Part shown: one piece after another, positions 9,710 to 20,081 of the stretch
Numbering within the stretch: position 1 is the stretch's first letter
How the letters are laid out: each line of letters begins with the position of its first letter
From: Oligoflexales bacterium
Lineage (GTDB): Bacteria > Bdellovibrionota_B > Oligoflexia > Oligoflexales > JALZUQ01
Length of the DNA stretch: 64,000 nucleotides
Direction: 5' to 3'
Assembly: GCA_023301465.1 (NCBI GenBank)
Contig: JALZUQ010000030.1
Coordinates: forward strand, 16,903-80,902
The notes under the pieces: model-generated
Told to the model about the DNA's origin: nothing
The model's input: only the letters and a program-made list of their open reading frames with translations
Database searches by the model: none
Program-made: the position numbers and the translations under genes

Positions 9710-10516
9710 TCATTTGCTGGTAAACGTACCAAAAAGATCAGAATAATTCTTCCAAATTGTCTGAGCCATTTCAGCCTCGGAAATGCCTCTTATTTGTGCC
9801 ATCTCTTTAACAGTGTCTACGACATTTGCTGGTTCGTTACGTGTACCGGGAACAGGACTTAGGTAAGGTGCATCTGTTTCTGTTAGTAAGCTTGTGATGG
9901 GAAGCTTTTTAGTCATAGACTGAAAGCTTTCACTACGCTTTATGTTTGCAGGGATTGAAAACTTCCAATTGTCATGTTTTTGGGCAGCTGCTACGGCGAA
10001 CTTGGTTTTTCCACAGTAGCAATGAAAGTCGACTCTTTTTTGACCATGAACATCCAATAGCTCTATGCATCGTTTTTCTAGTTTTCTGGAGTGGATAATA
10101 ATTGGCAAATCATGGTCATAGGCAATTTCCATCAAAGCTAGAAAAACTCGTTCTTGCTCAGCAAAAGTTTCTACACCATGCCAATAACCATCTAAACCAC
10201 ACTCACCAACCGCAATAATGCGACCGTTTTTGGCTTGCTCCTTGATAAAGGCAATTTCTGCTTTTACATCAAAAACCTTTAGATTAAGCTTATCGTTATC
10301 GCATAAATGAGCGATTCCTTGGCTAGGGTATATTCCAAGTGCAGGCTTAATTTCAGGAAACTGTTTGGCTAGCTCTAAAATTTGACGATTTGACTCAGGC
10401 TCAAGACCATTGACAACAATTGCTTTTAAACCTGCATCAACTGCACGCTGAATCACCTGATGAAGATCAGGTGCGAATTTGGGGTGTGTGAGATGTGTGT
10501 GTACATCGACGTACAT
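9710..10516 (-). CDS. TatD family metal-dependent hydrolase
   Basis: MYVDVHTHL, VGECGLD and TETDAPYL motifs. Confidence 0.8.
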   Translation of the reverse strand: MYVDVHTHLTHPKFAPDLHQVIQRAVDAGLKAIVVNGLEPESNRQILELAKQFPEIKPALGIYPSQGIAHLCDNDKLNLKVFDVKAEIAFIKEQAKNGRIIAVGECGLDGYWHGVETFAEQERVFLALMEIAYDHDLPIIIHSRKLEKRCIELLDVHGQKRVDFHCYCGKTKFAVAAAQKHDNWKFSIPANIKRSESFQSMTKKLPITSLLTETDAPYLSPVPGTRNEPANVVDTVKEMAQIRGISEAEMAQTIWKNYSDLFGTFTSK

Positions 10517-10555
10517 TGTGCTAACCTACCTTGATTCTCATAGCATAGGTGTTTC

Positions 10556-11551
10556 ATGGCACAAAACCAAGTTATTCTTTGTCATTTTGGGGGCCCCACC
10601 AAAAAAGAGCAGGTCCGGCCATTTCTTAAAAAATTATTTCTAGATCCATTTATTATACGTGCGTCTTTTCCAGATTTTTTCAGAAGATTCTTAGCAGAGC
10701 GTATATCTTCCAAAAGGTGGGAACACGCAAATGCTCAGTATGAGCAAATTGGGTACTCACCCATCAACCATTACACGGATGTTCAAGCCAACCACCTTGA
10801 GGCTCAGCTTCAAAAAGTAGATCAAAACACCAAAGTTTTTGTCGTCAACCGCTACACAGAGCCATACGCTGAAGAAGTAGTAAAGGACATGAGCTTTGAG
10901 CCCGGCACTAGAAATTTCTTAGTAAGCCTTTATCCGCATTTTTGCCACTCCACAACCGCATCAAGTTTTAGAGAGTTTGAGCTGGCTTTTCGCCAAAAAT
11001 GTAAAAACCCGGGTCAATTCCCACGAAGGGTTTATTCATGGTGGTGTCACCCAAGTTACCTTGATTATAGTTATCACCTACTCCAAAAAAAGCTTTCAGA
11101 GGTTTCTCAAACAAACAAAAAGATCACCGTGCTCTTTTCGGCACATGGACTTCCAAAGCGTTATGTCATGCGAGGTGATCCTTACTACTACGAAATCACC
11201 GCTCACTTTCAAGAGCTTCAAAACCGTGCCATTCAGTGGTTAAACTCAGAAAACAAAAACATTGATATCCGTTGGGAACTTGGTTTTCAATCTAGGGTTG
11301 GTAGAGTGGAATGGGTTGGCCCATATACAGAAGATGTTATCGAAAAAACTGCTGATTCAGAACGAACCATTGTTTTAGTTCCTATCAGTTTTGTCAGCGA
11401 TCATATCGAGACTCTTTACGAGATGGATATTGAGTATAAAGACTTAGCTCTTAAATCTGGCTATGGTGGATACAACCGCGTAGAAGCACCAAATGAAGAC
11501 CCTAAACTGGCAGAGTGCCTCGTGAAAATTTTACAAAGTAATGGGTTTTAA
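10556..11551 (+). CDS. hemH: ferrochelatase
   Basis: N-terminal GGP...FLKKLFLDPFI and PISFVSDHIETLYEMD signatures. Confidence 0.85.
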   Translation: MAQNQVILCHFGGPTKKEQVRPFLKKLFLDPFIIRASFPDFFRRFLAERISSKRWEHANAQYEQIGYSPINHYTDVQANHLEAQLQKVDQNTKVFVVNRYTEPYAEEVVKDMSFEPGTRNFLVSLYPHFCHSTTASSFREFELAFRQKCKNPGQFPRRVYSWWCHPSYLDYSYHLLQKKLSEVSQTNKKITVLFSAHGLPKRYVMRGDPYYYEITAHFQELQNRAIQWLNSENKNIDIRWELGFQSRVGRVEWVGPYTEDVIEKTADSERTIVLVPISFVSDHIETLYEMDIEYKDLALKSGYGGYNRVEAPNEDPKLAECLVKILQSNGF

Positions 11552-11564
11552 TGAAGGAGATACT

Positions 11565-11948
11565 ATGAATATTGCATTTTATTGCGTTGCTATTAACGGT
11601 TTACTTCCAATTTTATGGGTTGGTTTTGCAAAAATGTTCGGCGGCTTCAAACTAAAAGACAACGTTCAACCAAGAGAATTTCTCTCAAAACAATCTGGAT
11701 TATCAGCAAGAGCTAATGCAGCACAAGCAAACTCATGGGAAGCGTTTGCACCTTTTGCTGCTGCAGTGATCATTGCTTATGTTGCAGGAGGACACCAAGA
11801 CACTCTTGATAAAATATGTATGTTTTATACTGGTTTTCGAATTGTTTATGGCATCACTTATCTAGCCAATCAACATATTTTTAGATCTATTGTTTGGTCT
11901 TGTGCATTATTATGTAACTTAGCTTGTTACGGTCTTTTAATAATGTAG
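11565..11948 (+). CDS. MAPEG family membrane protein
   Basis: AAGGAGA SD before MNIAFY. Has the NSWEAFAPFAAAV and FRIVYGITY MAPEG-like pattern. Full-length paralog type of 2429..2710. Confidence 0.6.
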   Translation: MNIAFYCVAINGLLPILWVGFAKMFGGFKLKDNVQPREFLSKQSGLSARANAAQANSWEAFAPFAAAVIIAYVAGGHQDTLDKICMFYTGFRIVYGITYLANQHIFRSIVWSCALLCNLACYGLLIM

Positions 11949-11954
11949 TTTCAC

Positions 11955-12845
11955 ATGAAGCAACGAAAAATGTACAAACTCACAAAAAACACACTGACAA
12001 GCTGCTTAATCATTTTAAGCAGCTATTTACTTGCGTCAAAAAATTGCCATCATTATTTTATGAAAGCACCTAAAAAATCTAAAACTGCATTTGCAAACTT
12101 AAAAGCAGCAAAACCCACATCTTTTCTATTAAACAAAAAACAAATACGCAGCATATACAAACAATCAAGGCAAAAATGGACCGATGCATACAATCAACAA
12201 CAAGTTGATACAATCCTCCATGCTCTTAGTAACAACCCAGGCGACGCTCATAAAAAAAACCTAAAAAACCTGAAAAACTTAAGACTACACGGGCAAATAC
12301 TAAGAAGTAACATCATTATTTTAAATACCTCTAAACTTAAAACAAATCACTTTTTAGACTTTATTAGAGTACTTGGAAAATTAAACGACTCATTAACTAA
12401 CAGACACGAAAGCAAAACCAAACACTACGCCGACATCCTAATAAAAATAAACCAAAATAATTTTATGTTAGATCGCTTCAAACCTTTAGAAAAACTGCAA
12501 TTCAAATATAGGATAAACAGATTAATCAGATCTATTAGGGAAATGTTTTCAAAAAAAGAAGATTCTATTTCTGCAAACCACCTTCATCATATTAGAAAAA
12601 AACTAAGAGACATCACTTTTATTTTAAAACAAGATCAAAGCTTTAAGAACTCCAAGGTCAAAGACGACTTTTACCTCTATATGAATCATTTAAACTCTGC
12701 ACTTGGGTGGATTAATGATAAATCTGTACGAATAAGCATTCAAAAAGACATAAAGTACTCATCCATATATGTTTTGCTACCAAGATCATTACTCAAAGCA
12801 CTAACAAATGCACTTGATCTTCTTGATGAAAGCATCAACTTATAA
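11955..12845 (+). CDS. hypothetical Lys/Asn-rich protein
   Basis: ORF only. Hydrophobic N-terminus. No domain recognised with confidence. Confidence 0.45.
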   Translation: MKQRKMYKLTKNTLTSCLIILSSYLLASKNCHHYFMKAPKKSKTAFANLKAAKPTSFLLNKKQIRSIYKQSRQKWTDAYNQQQVDTILHALSNNPGDAHKKNLKNLKNLRLHGQILRSNIIILNTSKLKTNHFLDFIRVLGKLNDSLTNRHESKTKHYADILIKINQNNFMLDRFKPLEKLQFKYRINRLIRSIREMFSKKEDSISANHLHHIRKKLRDITFILKQDQSFKNSKVKDDFYLYMNHLNSALGWINDKSVRISIQKDIKYSSIYVLLPRSLLKALTNALDLLDESINL

Positions 12846-12847
12846 CA

Positions 12848-13264
12848 TTATTCAGAACGACTGATCTGAAAATATCTAGAAGCGTGTTTTTCGAAAACAT
12901 TCCTTGGCTTTGCAAACAGGTCTTTTGAATAGCTTGAATCACAATACAGACTGTAATCATTCGTAGACAAGATCAGATAGCGGTCAATCATAGGGTTTGG
13001 AAATATGATTTTTTCTTCTTTATATTCCCACATGCTTCCTCTACTCAACTTGATGTTGCTTAGTTTAAAGTTTTCCAGAACACAAAAACTGGTCCTCAGT
13101 TTCTCTATATCTACAATATTTGCTTTCCTTGTCTTACCGTTTAGGAACACTGTGAACTTTGCTTCTTTGTCCACAGCTAATGGACTTACAAGGCCAACAC
13201 TATACGAAGACGAAACACAGCTAACAAAGACAAAAAACTGTAATATTAAACTAATTATTTTCAT
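12848..13264 (-). CDS. hypothetical lipoprotein
   Basis: GGGGAG SD before MKIISLILQFFVFVSC (lipobox). Confidence 0.5.
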   Translation of the reverse strand: MKIISLILQFFVFVSCVSSSYSVGLVSPLAVDKEAKFTVFLNGKTRKANIVDIEKLRTSFCVLENFKLSNIKLSRGSMWEYKEEKIIFPNPMIDRYLILSTNDYSLYCDSSYSKDLFAKPRNVFEKHASRYFQISRSE

Positions 13265-13342
13265 GGTGGCTCCCCAAATCATAATTATATGGCAGATCTT
13301 ATGATAATACTCTAAATGAATCCTTTTATTTTCTTATTAAAA

Positions 13343-13376
13343 ACAAAAAAAATGCCGACTCCACTTGGAATCGGCA
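13343..13376 (-). terminator. rho-independent terminator after 13397..14620
   Basis: Minus strand TGCCGATTCCA...TGGAGTCGGCA stem followed by TTTTTTTT. Confidence 0.55.
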
Positions 13377-13396
13377 AAACTTTTAAAAATAACGAT

Positions 13397-14620
13397 TTAC
13401 TTCTCTTCAGAGAGACCATTTCTTTTGTTTTGAGTTGCTGCATAAATAAGTTTTCTAGCACGTTGAATACCGCCTATACCACGCATACTTGGTAGTGCGT
13501 GAGAGGGGTTAAAAGACATCGCTTCACATGTTTCATTTTTTGCAAAAGAATTCTTAGGCAGTGAAACAATCGCTAATGTCTTATACTCAGGCTTCGTTCC
13601 ATCTTCTAACTCCCATGGAAGAGCTGCATCTTCAATGGAAGGCATCCCAGGCTCATGAAAAATTGCTTGCAGCTCAAAACAGTATGAACCTGTACCACTT
13701 AACTCTTTTTGAAGACCGTTTGCTAAAAAGTTAGGATCTCTCTTTTCGGCATCTGATGGAACCAGCTGAGCTTTAATGCAAGGTGTTAAACGATATTTAA
13801 CAGCTTTTTTAGGCCCAAAAGCATAAGGAACCCAACTATTATATGTTTCAGCTAAAACATTGTCCGTTTTACTTGATCCACTGACCTGTAACAAACGACC
13901 AACTGGTGCTTGTAGATCAGGTTTTAAAGTTGAAATATACTCTTTGAAAAATATTTTTCCAGGAATTTTTGCAATATCTTCTTTAGAAGCACCAGACTGA
14001 ATTGCTTTTCCAACTGCAGGTTTTATCATTTGCACTGCTTTAAAAAAAGCGGGATAAGAACCAACATCATTTACCATGAACTCTTCGATTGCATTAATCA
14101 TGATAATATCTGCTGATTTATAATAATTCTTTGGGAGTTTATATTTTTCACCCGGAATATCAGGAATTAACTTTTGTAGATTTTCAGGTAACAAAATCTT
14201 AAGAGCCAAGCCTTGCGAACCTGGAGTTGCATCGTGAACCTTAGGATCAGAAGACCCAGAAGAAAACCGCACAACACCTTTATATCTTGCATTTGGAGTA
14301 GCAAAAATTCCTTGCTGATACTCTTTAGCAAGGTTTGGACTAATGTTAATATCAACATTTTCGACACAACCATGAGCTTTAGGGTGAGCATCACGCTGGT
14401 TTGTAATTGAATTTAAAATATTTGAAGTTAGTACTTGAATGAGTGCTGTTTCTTTTTTTGCATCTACGCCGCCATTTGCATCAAGTTGAGCTTCCAAAGA
14501 ATGACGCTTTTCGTTATCTGTTGCTTTAGTTCTACTACTTGTTGTTGTTGATTGAGTACTACAAGATATAATAGCAATTGTAGTCACCATAAATAGTGAA
14601 AATGATATAAAAATTTTCAT
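13397..14620 (-). CDS. catalase-related haem protein (y4iL-like), lipoprotein
   Basis: Lipobox IISCS. RDAHPKAHGCV resembles the distal-His motif of the catalase-like family. Confidence 0.5.
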   Translation of the reverse strand: MKIFISFSLFMVTTIAIISCSTQSTTTSSRTKATDNEKRHSLEAQLDANGGVDAKKETALIQVLTSNILNSITNQRDAHPKAHGCVENVDINISPNLAKEYQQGIFATPNARYKGVVRFSSGSSDPKVHDATPGSQGLALKILLPENLQKLIPDIPGEKYKLPKNYYKSADIIMINAIEEFMVNDVGSYPAFFKAVQMIKPAVGKAIQSGASKEDIAKIPGKIFFKEYISTLKPDLQAPVGRLLQVSGSSKTDNVLAETYNSWVPYAFGPKKAVKYRLTPCIKAQLVPSDAEKRDPNFLANGLQKELSGTGSYCFELQAIFHEPGMPSIEDAALPWELEDGTKPEYKTLAIVSLPKNSFAKNETCEAMSFNPSHALPSMRGIGGIQRARKLIYAATQNKRNGLSEEK

Positions 14621-14760
14621 AGAGTCTCCATTTCTTAGGGGTGTTTAATTATTTAGCTTATTGCTAGAAACGGTTTATAGACCGGTGTAGATTAAAGTGT
14701 CAACATGATGTTTTGAATAATCAATACTTATTTTTTTTAAATAAAATTAAACACTTATAT

Positions 14761-15849
14761 TCAACTGACATAGATTTTTTTTGCCAAATGCTCTCTAAGA
14801 TCACTATGAGAATCCATTGGGCCTAAGAAATAATCTTCTAGATAGCTGCCTGCAACTCCCGCTGCCGCTTTACCCCCATCTAATACTGCCTTATAAAGCA
14901 GTTCAGGGCGATAATCTTCAGGCTTTGCATCAAATAGCCCAAGACGATCTTGGTGTTGAAGTCGGTCTTGGTAATCAAGCCAACGCATTTCCTCCCATGG
15001 GTTTACAGTCACATGGGAGTCTGAACCTATAGAAAATTTCCCACCAAGACGCAGAAACTTCCTAAGAGGAAAGTAACCGTCTCCAAGATTTGCTTCTGTT
15101 GTGGGACATATAACGACGTGAGCGTTTTGATCGACAATCATGTGGAGTTCTTCATCACTCACATTAGTAGCATGCACTAAATGCATATTAGGGTGATCGC
15201 CCTGCTCCTCTAAAAATAGTTGGGTAGGAGGTTTACCGTAGTGTTTCACACATTCCCTAACTTCTGCTACCTGCTCTGATAAATGAATATGAAAAGGAAG
15301 GTGATGAAATGCAGATGTTATTTCTTTGACCCATTTTATGGGGCAAGCCCTTAAAGAATGAACTCCATACCCTAAACGATGGTTACCAGACTTTGGGATC
15401 AAATGAGAACATGCTTCTACGTGGTTTAGAAATTTTGTTGGAGATTCAAAATAAAAACGTTTTTGAGTCTCTTTGATCTTTTGCTCAAAACCACCTGAGT
15501 GATAAAAAACAGGAACAACTGTCATGCCAATACCTACGTCACTAGCAAGATCATATAAACATTTTACAGTGTCTAAAGGGTCATTTGTCACATGATGGAG
15601 ATAATGAAACTCAACAACGTGACCATAGCCACTTTCAAGACATTTTGTTAAAAATTTTCGGTTTATTTCTGCAAATTTATCGAGATTCATCTCAGAAACT
15701 AACCGGTACATGGAGTCACGCCAAGTCCAAAAGGAATCTGATTGGTTACTTGAGTATTCGGCTAATCCAGCCATTGCATATTGAAAACCGTGAGAGTGTG
15801 CATTGACGATACTCTCACAAAAAACTTTATTTCCAACTTGCTTTATCAC
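14761..15849 (-). CDS. formimidoylglutamate deiminase-like amidohydrolase (short form)
   Basis: NAHSHGFQYAMAGLAEY...DSFWTWRDSMY matches the HutF-type N-terminal motif. GTG start 3 nt after the feoB stop. Confidence 0.6.
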   Translation of the reverse strand: MIKQVGNKVFCESIVNAHSHGFQYAMAGLAEYSSNQSDSFWTWRDSMYRLVSEMNLDKFAEINRKFLTKCLESGYGHVVEFHYLHHVTNDPLDTVKCLYDLASDVGIGMTVVPVFYHSGGFEQKIKETQKRFYFESPTKFLNHVEACSHLIPKSGNHRLGYGVHSLRACPIKWVKEITSAFHHLPFHIHLSEQVAEVRECVKHYGKPPTQLFLEEQGDHPNMHLVHATNVSDEELHMIVDQNAHVVICPTTEANLGDGYFPLRKFLRLGGKFSIGSDSHVTVNPWEEMRWLDYQDRLQHQDRLGLFDAKPEDYRPELLYKAVLDGGKAAAGVAGSYLEDYFLGPMDSHSDLREHLAKKIYVS

Positions 15850-15852
15850 GAC

Positions 15853-17673
15853 CTAGACAAAGATCCTGTAGGTTATAAACGCCCCAATGTAGGCAAGAGC
15901 TAGCATATAAAAGAACATGACAGCCGGCCATTTCCAACCTCCAGTTTCTTTTTTTGCCACCATAAATGTGGCTAAACATTGAGGAGAAAATATATACCAA
16001 ACCAGCAACGCCATCCCCGTTGCCAAACTCCAACTTGACTGGATTTTTTCAGTGAGGCTTTTTTGAACCACATCTTCATCATCAGAGTCATCGAGAGCGT
16101 AAACCGTTGCCAAAGCAGAAACCATGACTTCACGAGCAGCAAAACCGGGAATAAGACCAGTAGAAATCCGCCAATCAAAACCGATTGGCTCAAAAACTGG
16201 CTCAATAAATTTACCGATACGCCCTGCGTAAGAATACGTAATGTCTGGCTGATCATAATCAGTCGGTGCTTGAGGAAAGGTAGCCAAAAACCAAAGAGTA
16301 ACCGACACCCAAAAAATATAACCGCCAGCTTTCTTGAGAAAGTTCATACTCTTTTTCCAAAGAAAAACAGCCATGAGCCTCAAATCAGGCATTTTATAAC
16401 TAGGAAGCTCCATCACAAAAGACCCTGAGTTTCCTTTCAGTGTCGTTTTTCGAAAAAGAAAAGCAATGACAATAGCAGCCACCACACCAAACGCAAAAAG
16501 ACCAAACATGGCTAATCCTTGAGCTGTCAAAAAACCAAACACTGTTGTTGCAGGAACAAAAGCTCCGATCAATAAAACATAAACGGGAAGCCTAGCACTA
16601 CAAGCCATTAATGGAGCAATCAAAATCGTCGTCAATCTTTGACGCTCGTCTTTGATGGTTCGAGCTGCCATCACACCGGGAATGGCACAAGCGAATGATG
16701 ACAATAGCGGTACAAACGATTTACCTTGAAGCCCTATTAAAGACATCCCACGGTCCAGCAAAAAAGCTGCCCTTGTCATATAGCCTGTGCTTTCCATTAG
16801 ATAGATAAAGAAAAAGAGCATGATAATCTGCGGCAAAAACACCAATACTGAACCAACGCCAGCAATAAGCCCATCTACAATGAAACTCTGAAAAAGCCCT
16901 TCAGGAAGCACGCTACTTACAAACGCTCCCAAGCTTTCAATAGAGCCTTCGATAAAATCCATAGGAATGGAAGAGAAAGTAAATATTGACTGAAACACCA
17001 CTAATAAAATCGCAGCAAATATCAGCGTTCCAAATATAGGGTGTAATAGAATAGCGTCTAACTTCCGTGAAATTCTATCACCATCTGTCGGTGCCGACAC
17101 GACTTCTGATAAAACCTCATCTACATAATCAAGACGTTCTTTTACTGTATCAAAAGCTTTAATCTGTTGTGGTTTTGTAGGGTTCTGATCATAAAAACTA
17201 ATGACTTTTTTTAGGCTTTCTAATGAGTTTTTTTTTGTAGCAACCACCGGAACAACTGGAACACCAAGCTTTTTTTGAAGTGCTTCATGGTCTACTTTGA
17301 TGGATCTAGACTCTGCAATATCTGACATATTTAGAGCAACTACAATTGGCTTATTGATAGCACCTAACTCTAATATAAAACCAAGGCTTCTTTTAAGTTG
17401 AGTCGTATCAACAACAGCTAATATAGTATCAATATTATTTTCTTTGAGACGCTCTACAGAGATTTTCTCGTCTATTGAGTTAGGCTCTAAACCATATATC
17501 CCGGGCAAATCAACGACTTCAACCTTACGCTCATCAAGCAGCAAGGTTCCGCGTTTTCTTTCGACGGTTACACCAGGATAGTTACCAGTTTTTTGAAGAG
17601 ATCCTGTCAGCGTATTAAATAAAGTGGTTTTCCCACAATTTGGTTGTCCAATTAAAAGAACAGATGAACTCAT
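15853..17673 (-). CDS. feoB: ferrous iron transporter FeoB
   Basis: G-domain GQPNCGKTTLFN and DLPGIY plus a polytopic membrane domain. Confidence 0.9.
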   Translation of the reverse strand: MSSSVLLIGQPNCGKTTLFNTLTGSLQKTGNYPGVTVERKRGTLLLDERKVEVVDLPGIYGLEPNSIDEKISVERLKENNIDTILAVVDTTQLKRSLGFILELGAINKPIVVALNMSDIAESRSIKVDHEALQKKLGVPVVPVVATKKNSLESLKKVISFYDQNPTKPQQIKAFDTVKERLDYVDEVLSEVVSAPTDGDRISRKLDAILLHPIFGTLIFAAILLVVFQSIFTFSSIPMDFIEGSIESLGAFVSSVLPEGLFQSFIVDGLIAGVGSVLVFLPQIIMLFFFIYLMESTGYMTRAAFLLDRGMSLIGLQGKSFVPLLSSFACAIPGVMAARTIKDERQRLTTILIAPLMACSARLPVYVLLIGAFVPATTVFGFLTAQGLAMFGLFAFGVVAAIVIAFLFRKTTLKGNSGSFVMELPSYKMPDLRLMAVFLWKKSMNFLKKAGGYIFWVSVTLWFLATFPQAPTDYDQPDITYSYAGRIGKFIEPVFEPIGFDWRISTGLIPGFAAREVMVSALATVYALDDSDDEDVVQKSLTEKIQSSWSLATGMALLVWYIFSPQCLATFMVAKKETGGWKWPAVMFFYMLALAYIGAFITYRIFV

Positions 17674-17906
17674 GATAATTCCTTCACAAAAATTTGCTCA
17701 GCATCTGATAAACGCATTGCAATGACACTACCTCGAACGTTGATGGCAAGAGGGCCACCAAATGAAGAGGTTTGATATAAAGATACTTCTTCGCCTTTCA
17801 CAAAACCCAAACACTCAAATTGTCTTTGAGTACTTTCGGAGTCGGCAGAGTAACTACTCACTTGGTAAGTTTTCTGTTTTTTTGCATTAGCAAGTGTGAG
17901 AGACAT
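17670..17906 (-). CDS. feoA: FeoA family protein
   Basis: Small SH3-like FeoA pattern. 4-nt overlap with feoB. Start refined to the ATG preceded by AAAGGA. Confidence 0.75.
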   Translation of the reverse strand: MSLTLANAKKQKTYQVSSYSADSESTQRQFECLGFVKGEEVSLYQTSSFGGPLAINVRGSVIAMRLSDAEQIFVKELS

Positions 17907-17953
17907 GCATTTCCTTTCTATCTCAAACAAGCCTAGGTGCTGCCTAAGCCATT

Positions 17954-17972
17954 GAGAATGATTATCAATATT
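17954..17972 (-). promoter_or_regulatory. Fur box upstream of feoAB
   Basis: GAGAATGATTATCAATATT matches the 19-bp consensus GATAATGATAATCATTATC at 15/19 positions, 48 nt upstream of the feoA ATG. Confidence 0.55.
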
Positions 17973-18316
17973 ATTGAAGCATGTCTAAATTTATTTTAAA
18001 AGTGTAAATTCAACCTTTTACAAGAACTTGATGGGCTTAGCAGTAGCGTCAAAATGCCGCTCCATAGGCATTCCAAAGACTGGCTCCATTCCGGCCCATA
18101 TATCTTTTGGAGTGAGCATGTGACCGCCTGCTTTTGGTTTACCTGTTTTAAGGTCAACAGCTTGTGCGACATGAGCAATATACTTGTCGCCATCTTTTTT
18201 ATGACACTCTTGATTTTAGTGATCAAGGTTTTAAACGTGGGTTTGTTTTATTAAAAATGGTGGTGCTATTGACATTAAAGGCGAACAACCAATGTGGGTA
18301 AAAATCGATTAATGAA

Positions 18317-19468
18317 TCATATATGGTTCTGATCAAATTTCATCCAGAAAAATAATGGAGTTAAGATGGCAACCAGCAAAAGTGGCAAAGTAATCCATTG
18401 AACACCCCAGTAAGGAATTAAAAAACCAACACTGGAATAAACCAACATATTAATAAGACTAAGCCTAGAGTTCACAAGACCCCATACTTCTAGAGATCTT
18501 ATATCTTGTGGGATACGCGATTGAATAATCGCCCGCATGTTTCCACCAATTTTCGCCGATAACAAACCAGAGATTGCAAATACAAAGCAACTAAACCAGA
18601 ATTGTGGAAATTGATAAAACATCCCAAGCAACACCCCGTAAAGGATAAATAATTTATTAATGTATGTTTTAACTTGAAAACCTGCAGTTAAAAAAGCAAC
18701 AAGACCACCTACACCCCAAGCACCAACAACATATCCAATTTGCGACTTTGTATAAGAAGCTAAATTAAAAAGCCCAAATTCACCTGCATTAATCAAAGCC
18801 CCTAAAACTAGTACTGAATACCAAAAAAATAAACTTTTACGCAGACTAGAAGGATAAGATATTTCTTTCATAGAGTAAAATTGCTTTTTAATAATATCAG
18901 ATTCGTGATTTTTTGTAGTAAGATCTTGTTTGGTCCCTTTAAACACGAATAGAAATAGTATGGCAGCTATGCAAAATGTAACAGCATCTACAACATATAC
19001 AAATGAATAACCTAAACTAGTCGCTAAGCTAGCTCCAATAGGCGGAGCAATACACAAAATACTTGCAGACAAACTACCTGCCTTCGTTAAAACCCTATCT
19101 AATTCAGCTTTCTCAAATGATTCAGCAATGAGAGTATCTAACAATGGCTTTGCAAAAGCAGAAATGCAGCTTGCAACAAGTAAGTAGAAATATACATTCC
19201 AGAGGCTATCAGCTCGAATCAACAACAATACATTTACTGCCATAAGAAACAAACTTATTAAATATGATTTTTTTTGATGTCTTATTGGAATAGCATTAAC
19301 AGCACTTCTAGAAAGCAGTAAAGCAGGCATGCTAGAAATTAAAAATGCATAAGCTACCTTATCTGCACCAAACTTTTCGTTGACAAAAAGTGCTACCGCT
19401 AAAAATGTCATCCAACTACCGAGTGCAGAAGCAGCTCCAGCAATATAAAATAAAGTTTCTCTATACAT
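18317..19468 (-). CDS. MFS transporter
   Basis: About 11-12 hydrophobic spans. 8-nt overlap with the upstream gene. Confidence 0.7.
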   Translation of the reverse strand: MYRETLFYIAGAASALGSWMTFLAVALFVNEKFGADKVAYAFLISSMPALLLSRSAVNAIPIRHQKKSYLISLFLMAVNVLLLIRADSLWNVYFYLLVASCISAFAKPLLDTLIAESFEKAELDRVLTKAGSLSASILCIAPPIGASLATSLGYSFVYVVDAVTFCIAAILFLFVFKGTKQDLTTKNHESDIIKKQFYSMKEISYPSSLRKSLFFWYSVLVLGALINAGEFGLFNLASYTKSQIGYVVGAWGVGGLVAFLTAGFQVKTYINKLFILYGVLLGMFYQFPQFWFSCFVFAISGLLSAKIGGNMRAIIQSRIPQDIRSLEVWGLVNSRLSLINMLVYSSVGFLIPYWGVQWITLPLLLVAILTPLFFWMKFDQNHI

Positions 19469-20081
19469 TAAAGACCTGTGTATTAAAAAAGAAGTTCTGT
19501 GTTAGTCGACCATCTTGAGCCTCAAAACCAAAACCGTTTGCATGAGAATGAAATAATTTACTAGCTTTAAAAACCACACAGCGATTATACTTAAACGGTA
19601 CAGTTTTTACTACATCCCAAGCTTGATCATCCAATGTATCTGGAACAACGACCTTTTCTTCGAAATCTTTTAAATCATTGTAGCCCAACACCTTCATCCC
19701 TTCCCCGCTTGGAGGGCCATATAAACCAGTTCTTTTATGCTGATAAAGGTTTGTACCAACTTTTTTTGTATTTGGAAACGTAGATGCTAAGTAAACAACA
19801 ACCGTCCAGTCAGTCATGTCAGTATGCACTTTGAGCCTTGAAGAGCCGCCTTCGAGGATATAACGAAAGTAACCCATTTTATCACGTGATGATTCTAAGT
19901 CTATTTTTGCACCTACTATTTTTTCAAATTTTTGAATCACTGATTCTGATAAACAAGGAATTTCAGACTGAAAGCCAGGATAGTTAGGAGTAGATTTATT
20001 TTCATAATTTAAACTCAAAGCAAAATTTCTGACCTGATCTGGGTTTTGGTAAAAATCATCAATAATATATAATTCAGACAT
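19461..20081 (-). CDS. 2OG/Fe(II) oxygenase-like protein (DUF6445-like), paralog A
   Basis: IIDDFYQNPDQVR N-terminus, VHTDMTD (HxD), FHSH distal His, RLTQNFFF. Start taken at Met5. Confidence 0.55.
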   Translation of the reverse strand: MSELYIIDDFYQNPDQVRNFALSLNYENKSTPNYPGFQSEIPCLSESVIQKFEKIVGAKIDLESSRDKMGYFRYILEGGSSRLKVHTDMTDWTVVVYLASTFPNTKKVGTNLYQHKRTGLYGPPSGEGMKVLGYNDLKDFEEKVVVPDTLDDQAWDVVKTVPFKYNRCVVFKASKLFHSHANGFGFEAQDGRLTQNFFFNTQVFNV

